Below, piece after piece: positions 26,962 through 36,664 of a stretch of 64,000 bases of DNA. Position 1 is the first letter of the stretch; each line of letters opens with the position of its first letter. The position numbers and the translations under genes are program-made. The DNA is from Spirochaetia bacterium (GTDB taxonomy: Bacteria > Spirochaetota > Spirochaetia > SZUA-6 > Bin103): positions 3,744,001 through 3,808,000 of the forward strand of contig OZ241863.1 of the NCBI GenBank assembly GCA_965203055.1. The letters run 5' to 3'. Below the pieces are notes generated by a model. It made no database searches, was not told the DNA's origin, and saw only the letters and a list, made by a program, of their open reading frames with translations.

Positions 26962-28299
26962 ATGAAGACCTCTGTCATGGCGATGCTGTTCTCTCTGACG
27001 GTCAGCGGGACGCTGCTTGCGTCGGCTGCGCAGGAAGCCGCGAGCTCGGACGAAGCGGCGGAGCTCGTGGTCTGGACGCACGCCACAATCACTCCTGAGC
27101 GTCGAGTTGCCTGGGAGGCGGACGTGAAGGGCGCCTTTCAAGAGGCGCACCCCCACGTAACGATCAACCTGGAGTTCATTCCCGAAACGTACGACACCGC
27201 AAAGACCGCCATCGCCGGCGGCGGCGGCCCCGACATCACGGTGATGTACGGCGGTCACGCGATGGAGCTGGCCAAGGCCGGGCTGCTGTACGAGATGAAT
27301 GACTACGCGGAGCAGTACGGGTGGGACGAGCGGTTCGCCTCCTGGGCGCTGCCGCTGTGGGGCGTGGAAGGCAACGTCTATACGTTGCCGGACGAGATCG
27401 AGACCCTGGTGCTCTACTACAGCCCCCAGGTATTCGAACGGCACGGCTGGACGCCGCCCGACACGATGGACGACTTGATCGCGCTGGCGGAGCAGGTCGA
27501 AGCCGCGGGGGTGATTCCGTTCGGTCACAACAGCGCCGACTGGCACAATACGCACGAATGGTTCATCGGCGAGTTCATCAATGGCTGGGCCGGTCCCGAG
27601 AAGACCTACGAGGCGCTGACCGGCGAGCGCAGTTGGACCGATCCCGACTTCGTCGAATCAATGGAGATTCTCGCCAGCTTCCAGCAAAACGGTTGGTTCT
27701 CCGGCAGCCTCGACCGCTACTACGCGGGGACCTTCTCCGAACGGTGGGGGAACTTCGCCAACGGCGACTCCGCGATGCTCATCGAAGGCACTTGGTTCCC
27801 GAGCAGCGCGGTCGATTACTTCGGACCCGAACACGGCAACGACAACGAGTGGGATTGGGTCCCCACCCCCACCAGAACCGGCGACGCGATCTTCAACGTC
27901 GGCATTGGCGAGGGTTACGCGGTAGCCGCCGCTACCCGGCACGCGGACGCGGCGGCGTTGTTCCTCGACTGGTTGTTCTCGTCGGAGACGCAGGGGCAGT
28001 TGTTCGCCGGGGACGTCGGCAAGCAGCCGGCTCCGGTCAAGGTGGAACCCGAACACATGGAGGGCGCCGATGAACGGGTAGCCGGGATTCTGGGCCTGAT
28101 GCACGAAGCGTTCGCCAACGGCAACTACGGCTATACCATGTGGACCTTCTCCGGCCCCAAGACCAATACCTACCAGAACCGCGGGGTGGAGAAGCTGTGG
28201 GCGGGCGACATTACCGCCGCGCAGTACATGGCAGACTGGCAGGAGCTGCACGCCGCGGAGTTGGCCGAAGGCGCCGTGCCGCCCATACCCCCGCGGTAG
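26962..28299 (+). CDS. Carbohydrate ABC transporter substrate-binding protein
   Basis: Signal peptide, GGGPDI, LYYSPQVFE..G..PP.TMDDL and FANGDSAMLIEGTW motifs. Confidence 0.9.
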   Translation: MKTSVMAMLFSLTVSGTLLASAAQEAASSDEAAELVVWTHATITPERRVAWEADVKGAFQEAHPHVTINLEFIPETYDTAKTAIAGGGGPDITVMYGGHAMELAKAGLLYEMNDYAEQYGWDERFASWALPLWGVEGNVYTLPDEIETLVLYYSPQVFERHGWTPPDTMDDLIALAEQVEAAGVIPFGHNSADWHNTHEWFIGEFINGWAGPEKTYEALTGERSWTDPDFVESMEILASFQQNGWFSGSLDRYYAGTFSERWGNFANGDSAMLIEGTWFPSSAVDYFGPEHGNDNEWDWVPTPTRTGDAIFNVGIGEGYAVAAATRHADAAALFLDWLFSSETQGQLFAGDVGKQPAPVKVEPEHMEGADERVAGILGLMHEAFANGNYGYTMWTFSGPKTNTYQNRGVEKLWAGDITAAQYMADWQELHAAELAEGAVPPIPPR

Positions 28300-28353
28300 C
28301 GCGCTCCCGCACGGCACGGCGCTCCCTAGAGGCCCGATAGCCCGGCTGCGGGC

Positions 28354-29247
28354 ATGACCCTGTTGCGCGGTCACCGTCTGCGGGCCGCCAAGCTCACGCC
28401 GTGGCTGTTCCTGTTGCCGATCCTGATCGTCCACTTCGCTATCAGGATCGCGCCGTCGGCGGCGGCCGCCTACTATTCGCTTACCGATTGGACCGGAATC
28501 GGTGGGGCGGAGTTCATCGGCCTCGACAACTTTCGTCACCTGTTTCAGGAAGACCCCGACTTCCTGGCGGCGTTCAGCCACAACTGGTTGTGGCTGGCGT
28601 ACACGAGCATCTCCTTCACCATGGCGCTGCTGGTAGCGGCCCTGCTGGTGCCGCTGAAGCGGGGCGGCATGACCATCCGCACGCTGCTGTTCATTCCGTT
28701 CGTGCTGCCGAGCGTGGTGGTGGCCTCCACCTGGAGAGACCTGCTGCACCCGGACCTCGGCATCGTGGCGCTGTTCGGGCGAGTGTTCGGCATCGCCGGC
28801 CTCGACCGCGCCTTCCTGGCGGTGCCGCAGACCTCGCTGTTCGCGGTGTTCTTCATCGACAACTGGCGCTGGTGGGTGTTCCTGATGATCCTGCTGCTCA
28901 CCGCGATGCAGAACATCGATCGCGAGCAGTACGAATCGGCGCGGGTCGACGGGGCAACCGCCTGGCAGGAGTTCTTTCACATCACCTTGCCGGGGATCCG
29001 CCCGACGTTGATGTTCCTGGCGCTGATGGTCTGTATCTGGACCTTTCTGGTGTTCGACTACGTCTTCCTGTTGACCGGCGGCGGGCCGGGCAACTCCTCC
29101 GAGGTGCTGGGAACGCTCCTGTTCACCCACGCCTTCCTCAACTTCGAAGCCGGCTACGCCGCCGCGATCGGGATCGCGATGACCCTGATCTCCTCGCTCT
29201 TCATCGTGATGTTCGTGTTCCTGCGGCGCCGGGGATGGGACATCTGA
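28354..29247 (+). CDS. Carbohydrate ABC transporter permease (MalF-like)
   Basis: FIGLDNF, EAA loop YESARVDGA, TGGGPG. Confidence 0.92.
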   Translation: MTLLRGHRLRAAKLTPWLFLLPILIVHFAIRIAPSAAAAYYSLTDWTGIGGAEFIGLDNFRHLFQEDPDFLAAFSHNWLWLAYTSISFTMALLVAALLVPLKRGGMTIRTLLFIPFVLPSVVVASTWRDLLHPDLGIVALFGRVFGIAGLDRAFLAVPQTSLFAVFFIDNWRWWVFLMILLLTAMQNIDREQYESARVDGATAWQEFFHITLPGIRPTLMFLALMVCIWTFLVFDYVFLLTGGGPGNSSEVLGTLLFTHAFLNFEAGYAAAIGIAMTLISSLFIVMFVFLRRRGWDI

Positions 29248-30095
29248 TGACCGCCGCGGGGGGCCGCCTGCGCCGCGGCCGCGTGCTGAACTATCTCATC
29301 CTGTTCCTGTTCGTGGCGTTCGCCTTGGGGCCGATCGTCAACGTCGTGTTCAACTCGCTCAAGACGCAGGCCGAGATCGGCCGCAATCCGCTCGGACCGC
29401 CGTCCGCCGAGCTGCACTTCGAGAACTATCCGCGCGCCTGGGAGTATGGCGAATTCGGGACCACGGTTCGCAACAGCCTCATTCTGGTCGCCGGTACGGT
29501 GGCCGGAATCCTGCTGTTCGGGGGGATGGCGGCCTACAGCATGGCCAAGCTGCACTTGCCGGCCGCGGCAACCAACGTGCTGTTGCTCTATCTGCTGGTG
29601 ATGCAGAGCCTGCCGATACATCTCTCTCTGGTACCGCTGTTCTGGATCTTCCGCGTCATCGGGCTGGTCAACACCCACGTCGGGGTGATCCTGATCTATC
29701 TGGCGCTCAACTCGCCGTTCTCGATCTTCCTGATGCGCTCCTACTTCCTGCAGATCCCGGACGATTTTCGCGACGCCGCCCGGCTCGACGGCGCGAACGA
29801 GATGCAGATTCTGTACCGCGTCATGGTGCCCATGGCGTGGCCGGTGTTCCTGACGGTGGGGCTGGTCAACGCGCTGTTCGTGTGGAGCGAGTTCATGATC
29901 GTGCGCATCTTTCTGATCCGCGGCGACCTGTTTACGGTAGTCACCAGCTACTTCCGGTTCGCCACCGCCTACGGCCGCGACTGGGGGCTGACCAGCGCGG
30001 GAGCGGTGATGATGATCTTCCCGATCGTGGTGACCTTCCTCCTGCTGCAGCGCCGCTTCATCCAGGGCCTGACCCAGGGCGGAGTGAAGGGCTGA
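29247..30095 (+). CDS. Carbohydrate ABC transporter permease (MalG-like)
   Basis: TGATG overlap, DAARLDGA, QRRFIQGLTQGGVKG. Confidence 0.92.
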   Translation: MTAAGGRLRRGRVLNYLILFLFVAFALGPIVNVVFNSLKTQAEIGRNPLGPPSAELHFENYPRAWEYGEFGTTVRNSLILVAGTVAGILLFGGMAAYSMAKLHLPAAATNVLLLYLLVMQSLPIHLSLVPLFWIFRVIGLVNTHVGVILIYLALNSPFSIFLMRSYFLQIPDDFRDAARLDGANEMQILYRVMVPMAWPVFLTVGLVNALFVWSEFMIVRIFLIRGDLFTVVTSYFRFATAYGRDWGLTSAGAVMMIFPIVVTFLLLQRRFIQGLTQGGVKG

Positions 30096-30119
30096 CACTC
30101 CGGCGGCCGAACGGAGCTT

Positions 30120-32222
30120 TCAGGACTCCGGTTCGGTGACCGCCAGAATCTGGTCAGCGGGCAGGTCGCGGAGGGTTTGCGTGACCCCGCTCGGCCAGTG
30201 GATCTCGAGCGTCTCGACCTGCGCGGCGCGGCCGAGCCCGAACTCCAGGTCGATGCTGTCCATCGACAGATAGCTGGAGCCCGCGCGCACCTCCTGCACC
30301 TGAACCGTGGCCGGCGCGCCGCCGGTGGTGAGGTAGACCCGGGCGCCAATGGCGTCCGCGTTGCTGCCGGTCCCGTCGATCGCCATGCGCCCCCGCAGGC
30401 GGAGGGTGAGCCAGTGATTGCCGCCGCCGCCGTTCAACCACGTGAAGACCGGGCCGGGAGCGGGCGCCGTGGAACGGCGCCCGGTGATGGCGTTGGGTTC
30501 ACCCACGTACCGCTCGCCGCTGCTGTTGGTGGCTATCAGATCGACGTAGCCGTCGCCGTTCAGGTCGCCGTGCGCCAGCCCCTTGCCGTTTTCGTGGTTC
30601 ATGCGATCGATGCGGCGCAGTTTGAGGTCGGTCGGGTTGCGCGGCCCGGACGCGTCCAGGCCGGCGTAGTCGACGTCCACGATGTTCAGCAATCGGGCGC
30701 GCACCGTAACGTCGGCGAACGAACCGCGCCCGTCGCCGCGCAGCATGCGTCCGGCGGCGGGGTAGATGGCGCCCCAGGGACTCTCACCGCGACCGCGGGT
30801 GGAGCCGGTCCAGTACAGATCCTGATCGCCGTCGTTGTCGTAATCGAAGAAGGTCGCCCCGAACGCGAAGTCGTAGGCGGCGAGTCCCTGTGGAATCTGG
30901 TGCGCCGGGTGAATGACGGATGGTTCCAGCGCCAGCGGCGGAAACAGCGGGCTCGGCGCAACGTGGGTAGCTGCGGCGACGTCGCTGAACCTTCCGGGGG
31001 CGACGTTGGCCAGAAGGAAGTGGGAGCAGGTGCCGGAGGTGAAGCGCGCGAAGTAGTCGCAGGTAGCGCGCGGCACGGCCAGCGGCTCCCGCAGCAGCGA
31101 GTGGAAGCCGACGTTGGCGGCGAACAGGTCGAGGTCGGCGTCGCCGTCGTAGTCGCCCACCGCAAACGCCATCCAGGCGCCAACCTTGTCGATCCCCATC
31201 TCGCGCGCGACCGGGGTGAACGCGACGGTCCCGCCCGCCGAGTCGTTGCGGTAGAGGTGCAGCCGGTCGCCGTCGTTGGCCACCCACAGGTCGGGATCGC
31301 GGTCGTCGTCGTAGTCGAAGAACAGCACCGCGTGGGTCTGGCCGGTGGGCTCGCCGACGCGGTTGCCGAGCTCGTCGGTAAGCTGCGGATCGTATCCCTG
31401 GTACACGGCGCCGGTGTCCGGGTCGGTATGCAGTACCGGTGAATCGTCGGGGTGGCGCATCTCGATCTGCGGCCCGTGCACGCCCACTTGGCGGGCGATC
31501 TCGGTAAAGGTCAGGTCGCCGTTGTTCATGAACAGAAGGTTGTAGTGACCGGGCTGGTTGAGGTCGTCGAAGTAGCGGAAGTCCTCGTCCAGCAAGTTGC
31601 CCACGTACAGGTCGAGCCAGCCGTCGCCGTTGACGTCGGCGCAGGCGACGCCGGCCGCGGAGCGCACGTTGACCTGGCCGCCGAAGGCGCCGGCGGTTAT
31701 CTCCTCGAAGGTGCCGTCGCCGCGATTGCGCAGCAACGAGTCGCGGTGGCCGGTCTGCGGGGAACGAAAGCCGAGGCCGTCCGCGGGATCGCCCCAGGCG
31801 CCCACGTACAGGTCCTGGAAGCCGTCGTTGTCGAGGTCACAGGCCACTGCGCCGGTGCTGTGGCTCTGCTCCAGGGCGACCCCGGCCTGCTGCGCGACGT
31901 CGGTGAACACCGCGTTGCCGTCGTTGCGGTACAACCAGTTCGCATGCCCGGCGGCCGCGGTGAGGTACAGATCGAGGTCCCCGTCGCGGTCGTAGTCGAA
32001 TACCACCACCCCCGGGCGGTCGTTCCAGAGCTGGTAGCCGTTCGCCATGGCGGCGGCGGCAACGTTGGTGAACGGCGTTACCGCTCCCGGGTCGCGCACC
32101 GGGCCGGCGGACTGCTCCGCGCCGCAGCCGCCGATCAGCCCCGCGGCGCCGATGCCGATGAGGGCGCGAGCCAGCAGGTTGCCCGGCGCAGCCGGCGCGC
32201 GCCGGCCAGCGTGCCGGGTCAC
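30120..32222 (-). CDS. CRTAC1-like FG-GAP / ASPIC-UnbV lipoprotein (paralog 3, more divergent)
   Basis: GTGA overlap, LIGGC lipobox-like motif, many DYDxDGDxD repeats, NADAIGARV...GSSYLS...FGLG...WPSG. Confidence 0.85.
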   Translation of the reverse strand: MTRHAGRRAPAAPGNLLARALIGIGAAGLIGGCGAEQSAGPVRDPGAVTPFTNVAAAAMANGYQLWNDRPGVVVFDYDRDGDLDLYLTAAAGHANWLYRNDGNAVFTDVAQQAGVALEQSHSTGAVACDLDNDGFQDLYVGAWGDPADGLGFRSPQTGHRDSLLRNRGDGTFEEITAGAFGGQVNVRSAAGVACADVNGDGWLDLYVGNLLDEDFRYFDDLNQPGHYNLLFMNNGDLTFTEIARQVGVHGPQIEMRHPDDSPVLHTDPDTGAVYQGYDPQLTDELGNRVGEPTGQTHAVLFFDYDDDRDPDLWVANDGDRLHLYRNDSAGGTVAFTPVAREMGIDKVGAWMAFAVGDYDGDADLDLFAANVGFHSLLREPLAVPRATCDYFARFTSGTCSHFLLANVAPGRFSDVAAATHVAPSPLFPPLALEPSVIHPAHQIPQGLAAYDFAFGATFFDYDNDGDQDLYWTGSTRGRGESPWGAIYPAAGRMLRGDGRGSFADVTVRARLLNIVDVDYAGLDASGPRNPTDLKLRRIDRMNHENGKGLAHGDLNGDGYVDLIATNSSGERYVGEPNAITGRRSTAPAPGPVFTWLNGGGGNHWLTLRLRGRMAIDGTGSNADAIGARVYLTTGGAPATVQVQEVRAGSSYLSMDSIDLEFGLGRAAQVETLEIHWPSGVTQTLRDLPADQILAVTEPES

Positions 32223-33586
32223 GCCGCCTGGCGGTACCGGCGCGCGCGCCGGCCCAGGACGACCGCCATCAGCAGCAGCGGCAGCGCCGGCAGGGCCAGC
32301 GAGATCGGCCCGGTCCGCGCCGGATCGACCACCCTGATCTGCCGCGCGCCGGTGGGCAGGGCCGCGTTCCGGGCGTCGCGCACCTGCACCTGCACCACGC
32401 GGTCGCTCGGCGCCAGCGGCACGTGTACCGCGCGCAGCGACGGCTGCCGATTGGCGTGGTCGCCCGCCGGATCGAACGGCACGATCCGGTAGCCGCGCGC
32501 CGCGCCCGCGGTTTGCGCGACGAAGAACGGCTCCTCCAGCCGGGTCTCCGGCGCCCGCGCCGCGCCGCTCCCGTCCCGGCGCGTCAGGTCGATCCGGGCG
32601 CGCGGTATCTGCTGGGTACGGACCCAGCGCATCAGCGCACGGTTGCCCTTGGCGTCGTTGCGCAACATCCGCGCGTAGCGGTGGTCGTTGTACTCGATCT
32701 GGAAGAACGGCCGCAGGTAGAGGTCGGCGGACCCATCGACGTATAGCACGGCCGACGGCGCGTTCGATTCCACCGGCCGGGTCCACTTGTCTCCGGGAAT
32801 CACCTCCAATCCGACCGCGGCCGCGCGCCGGGGCGCGAACGCGATAACGGTGCGCTCGGAGCCTTCGACCGTCAGGCCATCCTCGGTCAGCAGGCGGATG
32901 CGGTAGCGGCCGGGCGAAAGGTTGAGGATGATCGCCGGGCGCACCGCGGCCGGCGGGACCACGTAGGTGGCCGGACGCTGCGGCGGCTGCGGCTCTTCCA
33001 ACGCGCGCACCAGCGCCTCCAGTTCGCCGGTATCCGCACCCCGGTGGCGCAGCTCGCGGCCCTGCATCATCAGCTCGCTGAGCCGTTCCTGGTACGCCGC
33101 CTGGGCGCCTTGAAAGGCAAACGCAGCATCCCGATACGCGCGTTGCTCGGCCAAGTGTTCCCGGTAGATCCGGTGCGCGTCATCGCCGGTGGCTACGCGC
33201 CAGTTCAGCTCATACTCGCCGCGCACGTTGTAGTAGGTGTAGTCGATCATGCGCACGGTCAGCGGCTCGCGGCCGGGGCCGGTTACCTGCAGCGAACCGG
33301 GCACCGGGACGTTCAGGCCGCGCTGGTCGGTGAGCCACTGCCGGGTGATGGGCCAGAAGTAGACGAAGGTGTAACGCGCGGTCAGAAAGTTGTCGACATC
33401 CGCGATCAGGTAGATCGCGTCCGACTCCTCGCCGGCGAAGGTCGGCGTGTAATGCTTGCCGGTGAACGCGGTGGCAGTGTAGACGAACTGCTCCTCCCGC
33501 GGCGGCGCCTGGCCCCATGCCAGCCCGCCTGCCTCGGCCAGCATCAGCGCCGCCAGCGCCGCCTGCCGGATCCGCGCCGCCGTCAC
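32219..33586 (-). CDS. Hypothetical exported protein with a C-terminal membrane anchor
   Basis: GAGGAG RBS before GTG 33586, signal-like N-terminus, central coiled segment, hydrophobic C-terminal helix followed by Arg residues. Confidence 0.7.
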   Translation of the reverse strand: MTAARIRQAALAALMLAEAGGLAWGQAPPREEQFVYTATAFTGKHYTPTFAGEESDAIYLIADVDNFLTARYTFVYFWPITRQWLTDQRGLNVPVPGSLQVTGPGREPLTVRMIDYTYYNVRGEYELNWRVATGDDAHRIYREHLAEQRAYRDAAFAFQGAQAAYQERLSELMMQGRELRHRGADTGELEALVRALEEPQPPQRPATYVVPPAAVRPAIILNLSPGRYRIRLLTEDGLTVEGSERTVIAFAPRRAAAVGLEVIPGDKWTRPVESNAPSAVLYVDGSADLYLRPFFQIEYNDHRYARMLRNDAKGNRALMRWVRTQQIPRARIDLTRRDGSGAARAPETRLEEPFFVAQTAGAARGYRIVPFDPAGDHANRQPSLRAVHVPLAPSDRVVQVQVRDARNAALPTGARQIRVVDPARTGPISLALPALPLLLMAVVLGRRARRYRQAA

Positions 33587-33660
33587 CCGCGTACTCCTCG
33601 TACCCCGAGCGTCAGGGAGAAGAACGCCGGGCCAAGGCTCAGGCGCATTCGGTCGCTCAT
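33583..33660 (-). pseudogene. 25-aa mini-ORF coupled to both neighbours (probable collapsed gene)
   Basis: MSDRMRLSLGPAFFSLTLGVRGVRG*. ATGA overlap with the upstream stop and GTGA overlap with the downstream start. Confidence 0.55.
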
Positions 33661-34508
33661 GTGCTGATTCCGGGCACGTTCCAGGCGGTGAACGGGTAGG
33701 GGATGAGCCGTCCTGCGGCGCGGTAGGGAGCGAGGACCGCCTCCACCTCGGACGGCGCCAGCGACAGCACGGCGCGCAGCGCCTCATCCACTTCCGCGGC
33801 GGTGATACGGCGCGGATCGGGCACCACGACCAGATAGTCGACTACCCACCAGGGGTCGGCGTTAGGCCTGATCCGGGCGCCGGGAATGGTGGCTCGGTAG
33901 CGAAACGAGGTTTCCGGCGCAGCGTCCCACTCCACTTCGGCTAACCCCGCGAACAGTTCCTGGCCGCGCTCGGCGCCCTCCTCGGTCCGCTCCCGGGTGG
34001 GGTTTCCGCCGAAGGTCTGCACCGTGATCCGGGCCAACACGCGAATGTCCAGCCGCGGATGATCGAGCACCGCGGAGCCGGCGCGGCTCACCGGGCGCAA
34101 CTCGGACACGATGCCGCCGTCCACCTGCTGCTCGAACAATACCCAGCGGGCGAGGTCGGGAATCTCGTACCCGACCATCTCGATCGGCGCTGCGAGCACG
34201 TTGGCGCCGCGGCGCAGGGTAACGGCGACCGATTGCGGCAGGTAGTGGGGGGCGCTGACTTCGATCGTGGCCGGTCCGGGCTTGAGGCGGGTGAACCGCT
34301 GCGGCACCGCTCCGTGATCGGACTGAAAGTGGGCCAGCATGAACCGGTCCTGCAGGCGGATCGCGGCGCCGTACACCCAGCCGCCGCTCACCGCGTCCAC
34401 CACCCTGAACTCCAGCGTGGTATCGACCGGGTGGCTCACCGCCCACACCACCGCCGCCAGCGTAATCGGCACCACCGCGACTGCGGCCAGCGTCACCCTC
34501 CGCCTCAT
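33657..34508 (-). CDS. Membrane-anchored protein with a carboxypeptidase-regulatory-like domain
   Basis: N-terminal TM helix; FRVVDAVSG..V.GA.I...F..L.PG...IEVSAPHY. ATGA overlap. Confidence 0.65.
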   Translation of the reverse strand: MRRRVTLAAVAVVPITLAAVVWAVSHPVDTTLEFRVVDAVSGGWVYGAAIRLQDRFMLAHFQSDHGAVPQRFTRLKPGPATIEVSAPHYLPQSVAVTLRRGANVLAAPIEMVGYEIPDLARWVLFEQQVDGGIVSELRPVSRAGSAVLDHPRLDIRVLARITVQTFGGNPTRERTEEGAERGQELFAGLAEVEWDAAPETSFRYRATIPGARIRPNADPWWVVDYLVVVPDPRRITAAEVDEALRAVLSLAPSEVEAVLAPYRAAGRLIPYPFTAWNVPGIST

Positions 34509-36382
34509 GGCCGGCCGAAGTAGGTGAGCGCCCGCGCAAATGCCGCCTTGCCGATCCGGGCGCCGAGCCGGCGGCCCGGCAGGTCGTCCACGCGCGGATG
34601 GATGCCGCCGTACAGACGGGAGAGCGCGGCCTCGTCGGCGGCGTCGTAGTAGGTCGCCCACTGCAGCGCCAGCGTGGCGCTGGGGCCGGACTCGAAGGCG
34701 AGGAAATCGTGAGCGGGGGCAACGAATTCGCCCACGCCGCCGGGGAAGACCTCGCTGCCGGTAACGTTGGCCAGCACCTCCGCGGCCGCGCGGCTGAACG
34801 TGCTGTGGCCCGACACGTAGCCGGCGAACGGCGGGGTCACGAAGGTGTCGCGCTGGTAGGGGAGCCACTCGACTCCCCGCACCCAGCCGACGCCTCCGTA
34901 CGAATCGGGTTGCGCCGGCCTGCCGCGCCACCCCAACACCGCGATCTGGCCGACGAACTCCGCCAAGTGCGCATGCCGCTCGCCGGGCGCGGCGCTGGCG
35001 GCGGTGATCAATTCCGCCAGCCCCGGTTCCAGTGGCATACCGTATTGGTGGTATGCGGGCAGCCCCGGATCGGAGGACTGGCCGAGCTCCGCCAGCAGCC
35101 GGATGGCGGTGATCGGGCGCACGTAATCGTAGTGTCCCTTGATGCCCCAGGCAGCGATCGCGGCGTCGTGCAGGGCGCCGTTCAGTGCCAGATAGAGCTT
35201 GACGTCCCATTCGAGCGGGTCGAGCCGCGGCCCCGAGCCGCCGAGGCGCCGCTCCAGCAGCGGGTGATCGGTGACGTAGTTGGCCAGCGTGTTCCAGTGG
35301 CCCGGCGGCAACTCCGAGTCGGGGCCGTCGGCCCAGAACTCGGCGATGACGCGCGACCAGTCGCCGCGCCTGACCACGTTCGGGGCATACGGCTGACCGG
35401 TCACCGGGTTGCGCGGATGGCCGGTTCCGTCGTTGGCGCCGAGGCTGTTGTTGCCGCGCGCCCCGGGCGAGATGTCGATCAGTACGCCGTCGTCGGGGGT
35501 GAGGGTGGCGCCGTACCGGATCACCTCGAGGAACGTCTCCTGATACTCGGCGCTGCGCGCGCCGCCCAGGTAGGGCGGCGGCCCCGGGTCGTGATACACC
35601 CCGGGAGCGTCGAGGTCGGCGGCGGCCAGCGCGAACGGCGTGACCTGCCCCCAGTGCGAACCGAGGAATCGTTGCACCGGCCCCGGCTGCACGTTGCCCG
35701 CCTGGTCGAGGCGCCGGCGCAAGGAGAGCGGCTGCCAGCGGTTGGGGTCGACCACCAGGCTGGTGCCCGGCTCCAGGACCACCAGCGGTGGATTGACCGG
35801 CCGGTAGCCGCGCTCGAAGGCGTAGCCGCCGAATTCGTCCGCGCCGTCCCGGTACCCGTGGTCAAGGACCAGCTTGGCGATCCGGTTGCCCACCGCCGCC
35901 GGGTCGGTTCCGGCCAGCCGCACGTCGCCGCGGTCGTAGCCGAGCGCGGCGAACAGCTCGTCGAACCTTGGCAGCGTCGAAGCGGCGCCGGGTGAGGTCC
36001 GGTAGCGCGCGCGCAGCACCCGATACGCGGCGTGGCTGATCGCTGCGCGGCGCGCCGCGGCCACGTCGCCGGACGCGGCGCGCTCGCGCGCCAGCACCGG
36101 CCGGGCATGCTCGTCGAACACCGCCCACGCATCCCACATTGCCACCGACACGTGATGGAGATTGCGCGCGTGGACCGTAGGAAAGGCGTAGTCCTTGCGG
36201 ATCGCCTCCAGGAGCAGCTCGTTCCATTGCCGCGCGATCGAATGCGGTTGGGCCGCAAGAGGAGCCGCGGCGGCCAGCAACACCGCCGCGGCCGCGCGCG
36301 CCGCAGGGTGCGGCCGCGCACTTCGGCGCGCACCGGTCTCGCAGACCCTTACCGAGGAGGTCAGGATGGCGGCGTCGTTCAT
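34505..36382 (-). CDS. Vanadium-dependent haloperoxidase (PAP2 superfamily), probably secreted
   Basis: WGIKGHYDYVRP (K-x6-RP), PPFAGYVSGHS and SRLYGGIH motifs; N-terminal SIARQWNELLLEAIR; signal-like AAAPLAA. Confidence 0.85.
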   Translation of the reverse strand: MNDAAILTSSVRVCETGARRSARPHPAARAAAAVLLAAAAPLAAQPHSIARQWNELLLEAIRKDYAFPTVHARNLHHVSVAMWDAWAVFDEHARPVLARERAASGDVAAARRAAISHAAYRVLRARYRTSPGAASTLPRFDELFAALGYDRGDVRLAGTDPAAVGNRIAKLVLDHGYRDGADEFGGYAFERGYRPVNPPLVVLEPGTSLVVDPNRWQPLSLRRRLDQAGNVQPGPVQRFLGSHWGQVTPFALAAADLDAPGVYHDPGPPPYLGGARSAEYQETFLEVIRYGATLTPDDGVLIDISPGARGNNSLGANDGTGHPRNPVTGQPYAPNVVRRGDWSRVIAEFWADGPDSELPPGHWNTLANYVTDHPLLERRLGGSGPRLDPLEWDVKLYLALNGALHDAAIAAWGIKGHYDYVRPITAIRLLAELGQSSDPGLPAYHQYGMPLEPGLAELITAASAAPGERHAHLAEFVGQIAVLGWRGRPAQPDSYGGVGWVRGVEWLPYQRDTFVTPPFAGYVSGHSTFSRAAAEVLANVTGSEVFPGGVGEFVAPAHDFLAFESGPSATLALQWATYYDAADEAALSRLYGGIHPRVDDLPGRRLGARIGKAAFARALTYFGRP

Positions 36383-36524
36383 CCGGCGGCGAGGCGCCGG
36401 GCGAGTTCGGGGAGGCTCACGAACCGAATGGTACCGCCCGGGAAGTCGCGTACGTAGGAACGCTCGGTGTCGGAAGTAACGACATAATTCAGCCCGTCCG
36501 GATAGCGTACTCAATAGCTGCGGC

Positions 36525-36570
36525 GTACCATATGCAAACCGGAATGACATATGGTGCCACCAAATGTCAA
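36525..36570 (-). promoter_or_regulatory. Candidate promoter/operator of the haloperoxidase operon
   Basis: Consensus TTGACA on the minus strand (36565-36570), plus inverted repeat GTACCATATG-13 nt-CATATGGTGC. Confidence 0.4.
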
Positions 36571-36633
36571 GTCCGGTGGCGTCTGGTACCGTTTGGTCGT
36601 GAGCGCGCAGCATGTTGGCGCGGCCGCCGATGC

Positions 36634-36642
36634 TGATAGAAT
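36634..36642 (+). promoter_or_regulatory. Extended -10 element of the dioxygenase gene
   Basis: TGaTAGAAT followed by a GAGGAGG RBS. Confidence 0.45.
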
Positions 36643-36664
36643 GGCCTCGCCGAGGAGGTGTGCC

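Noticed and set aside
30120..32222. Enediyne biosynthetic cluster (UnbV)
   Set aside because: No enediyne PKS or thioesterase is in the window, and ASPIC-UnbV domains are widespread.
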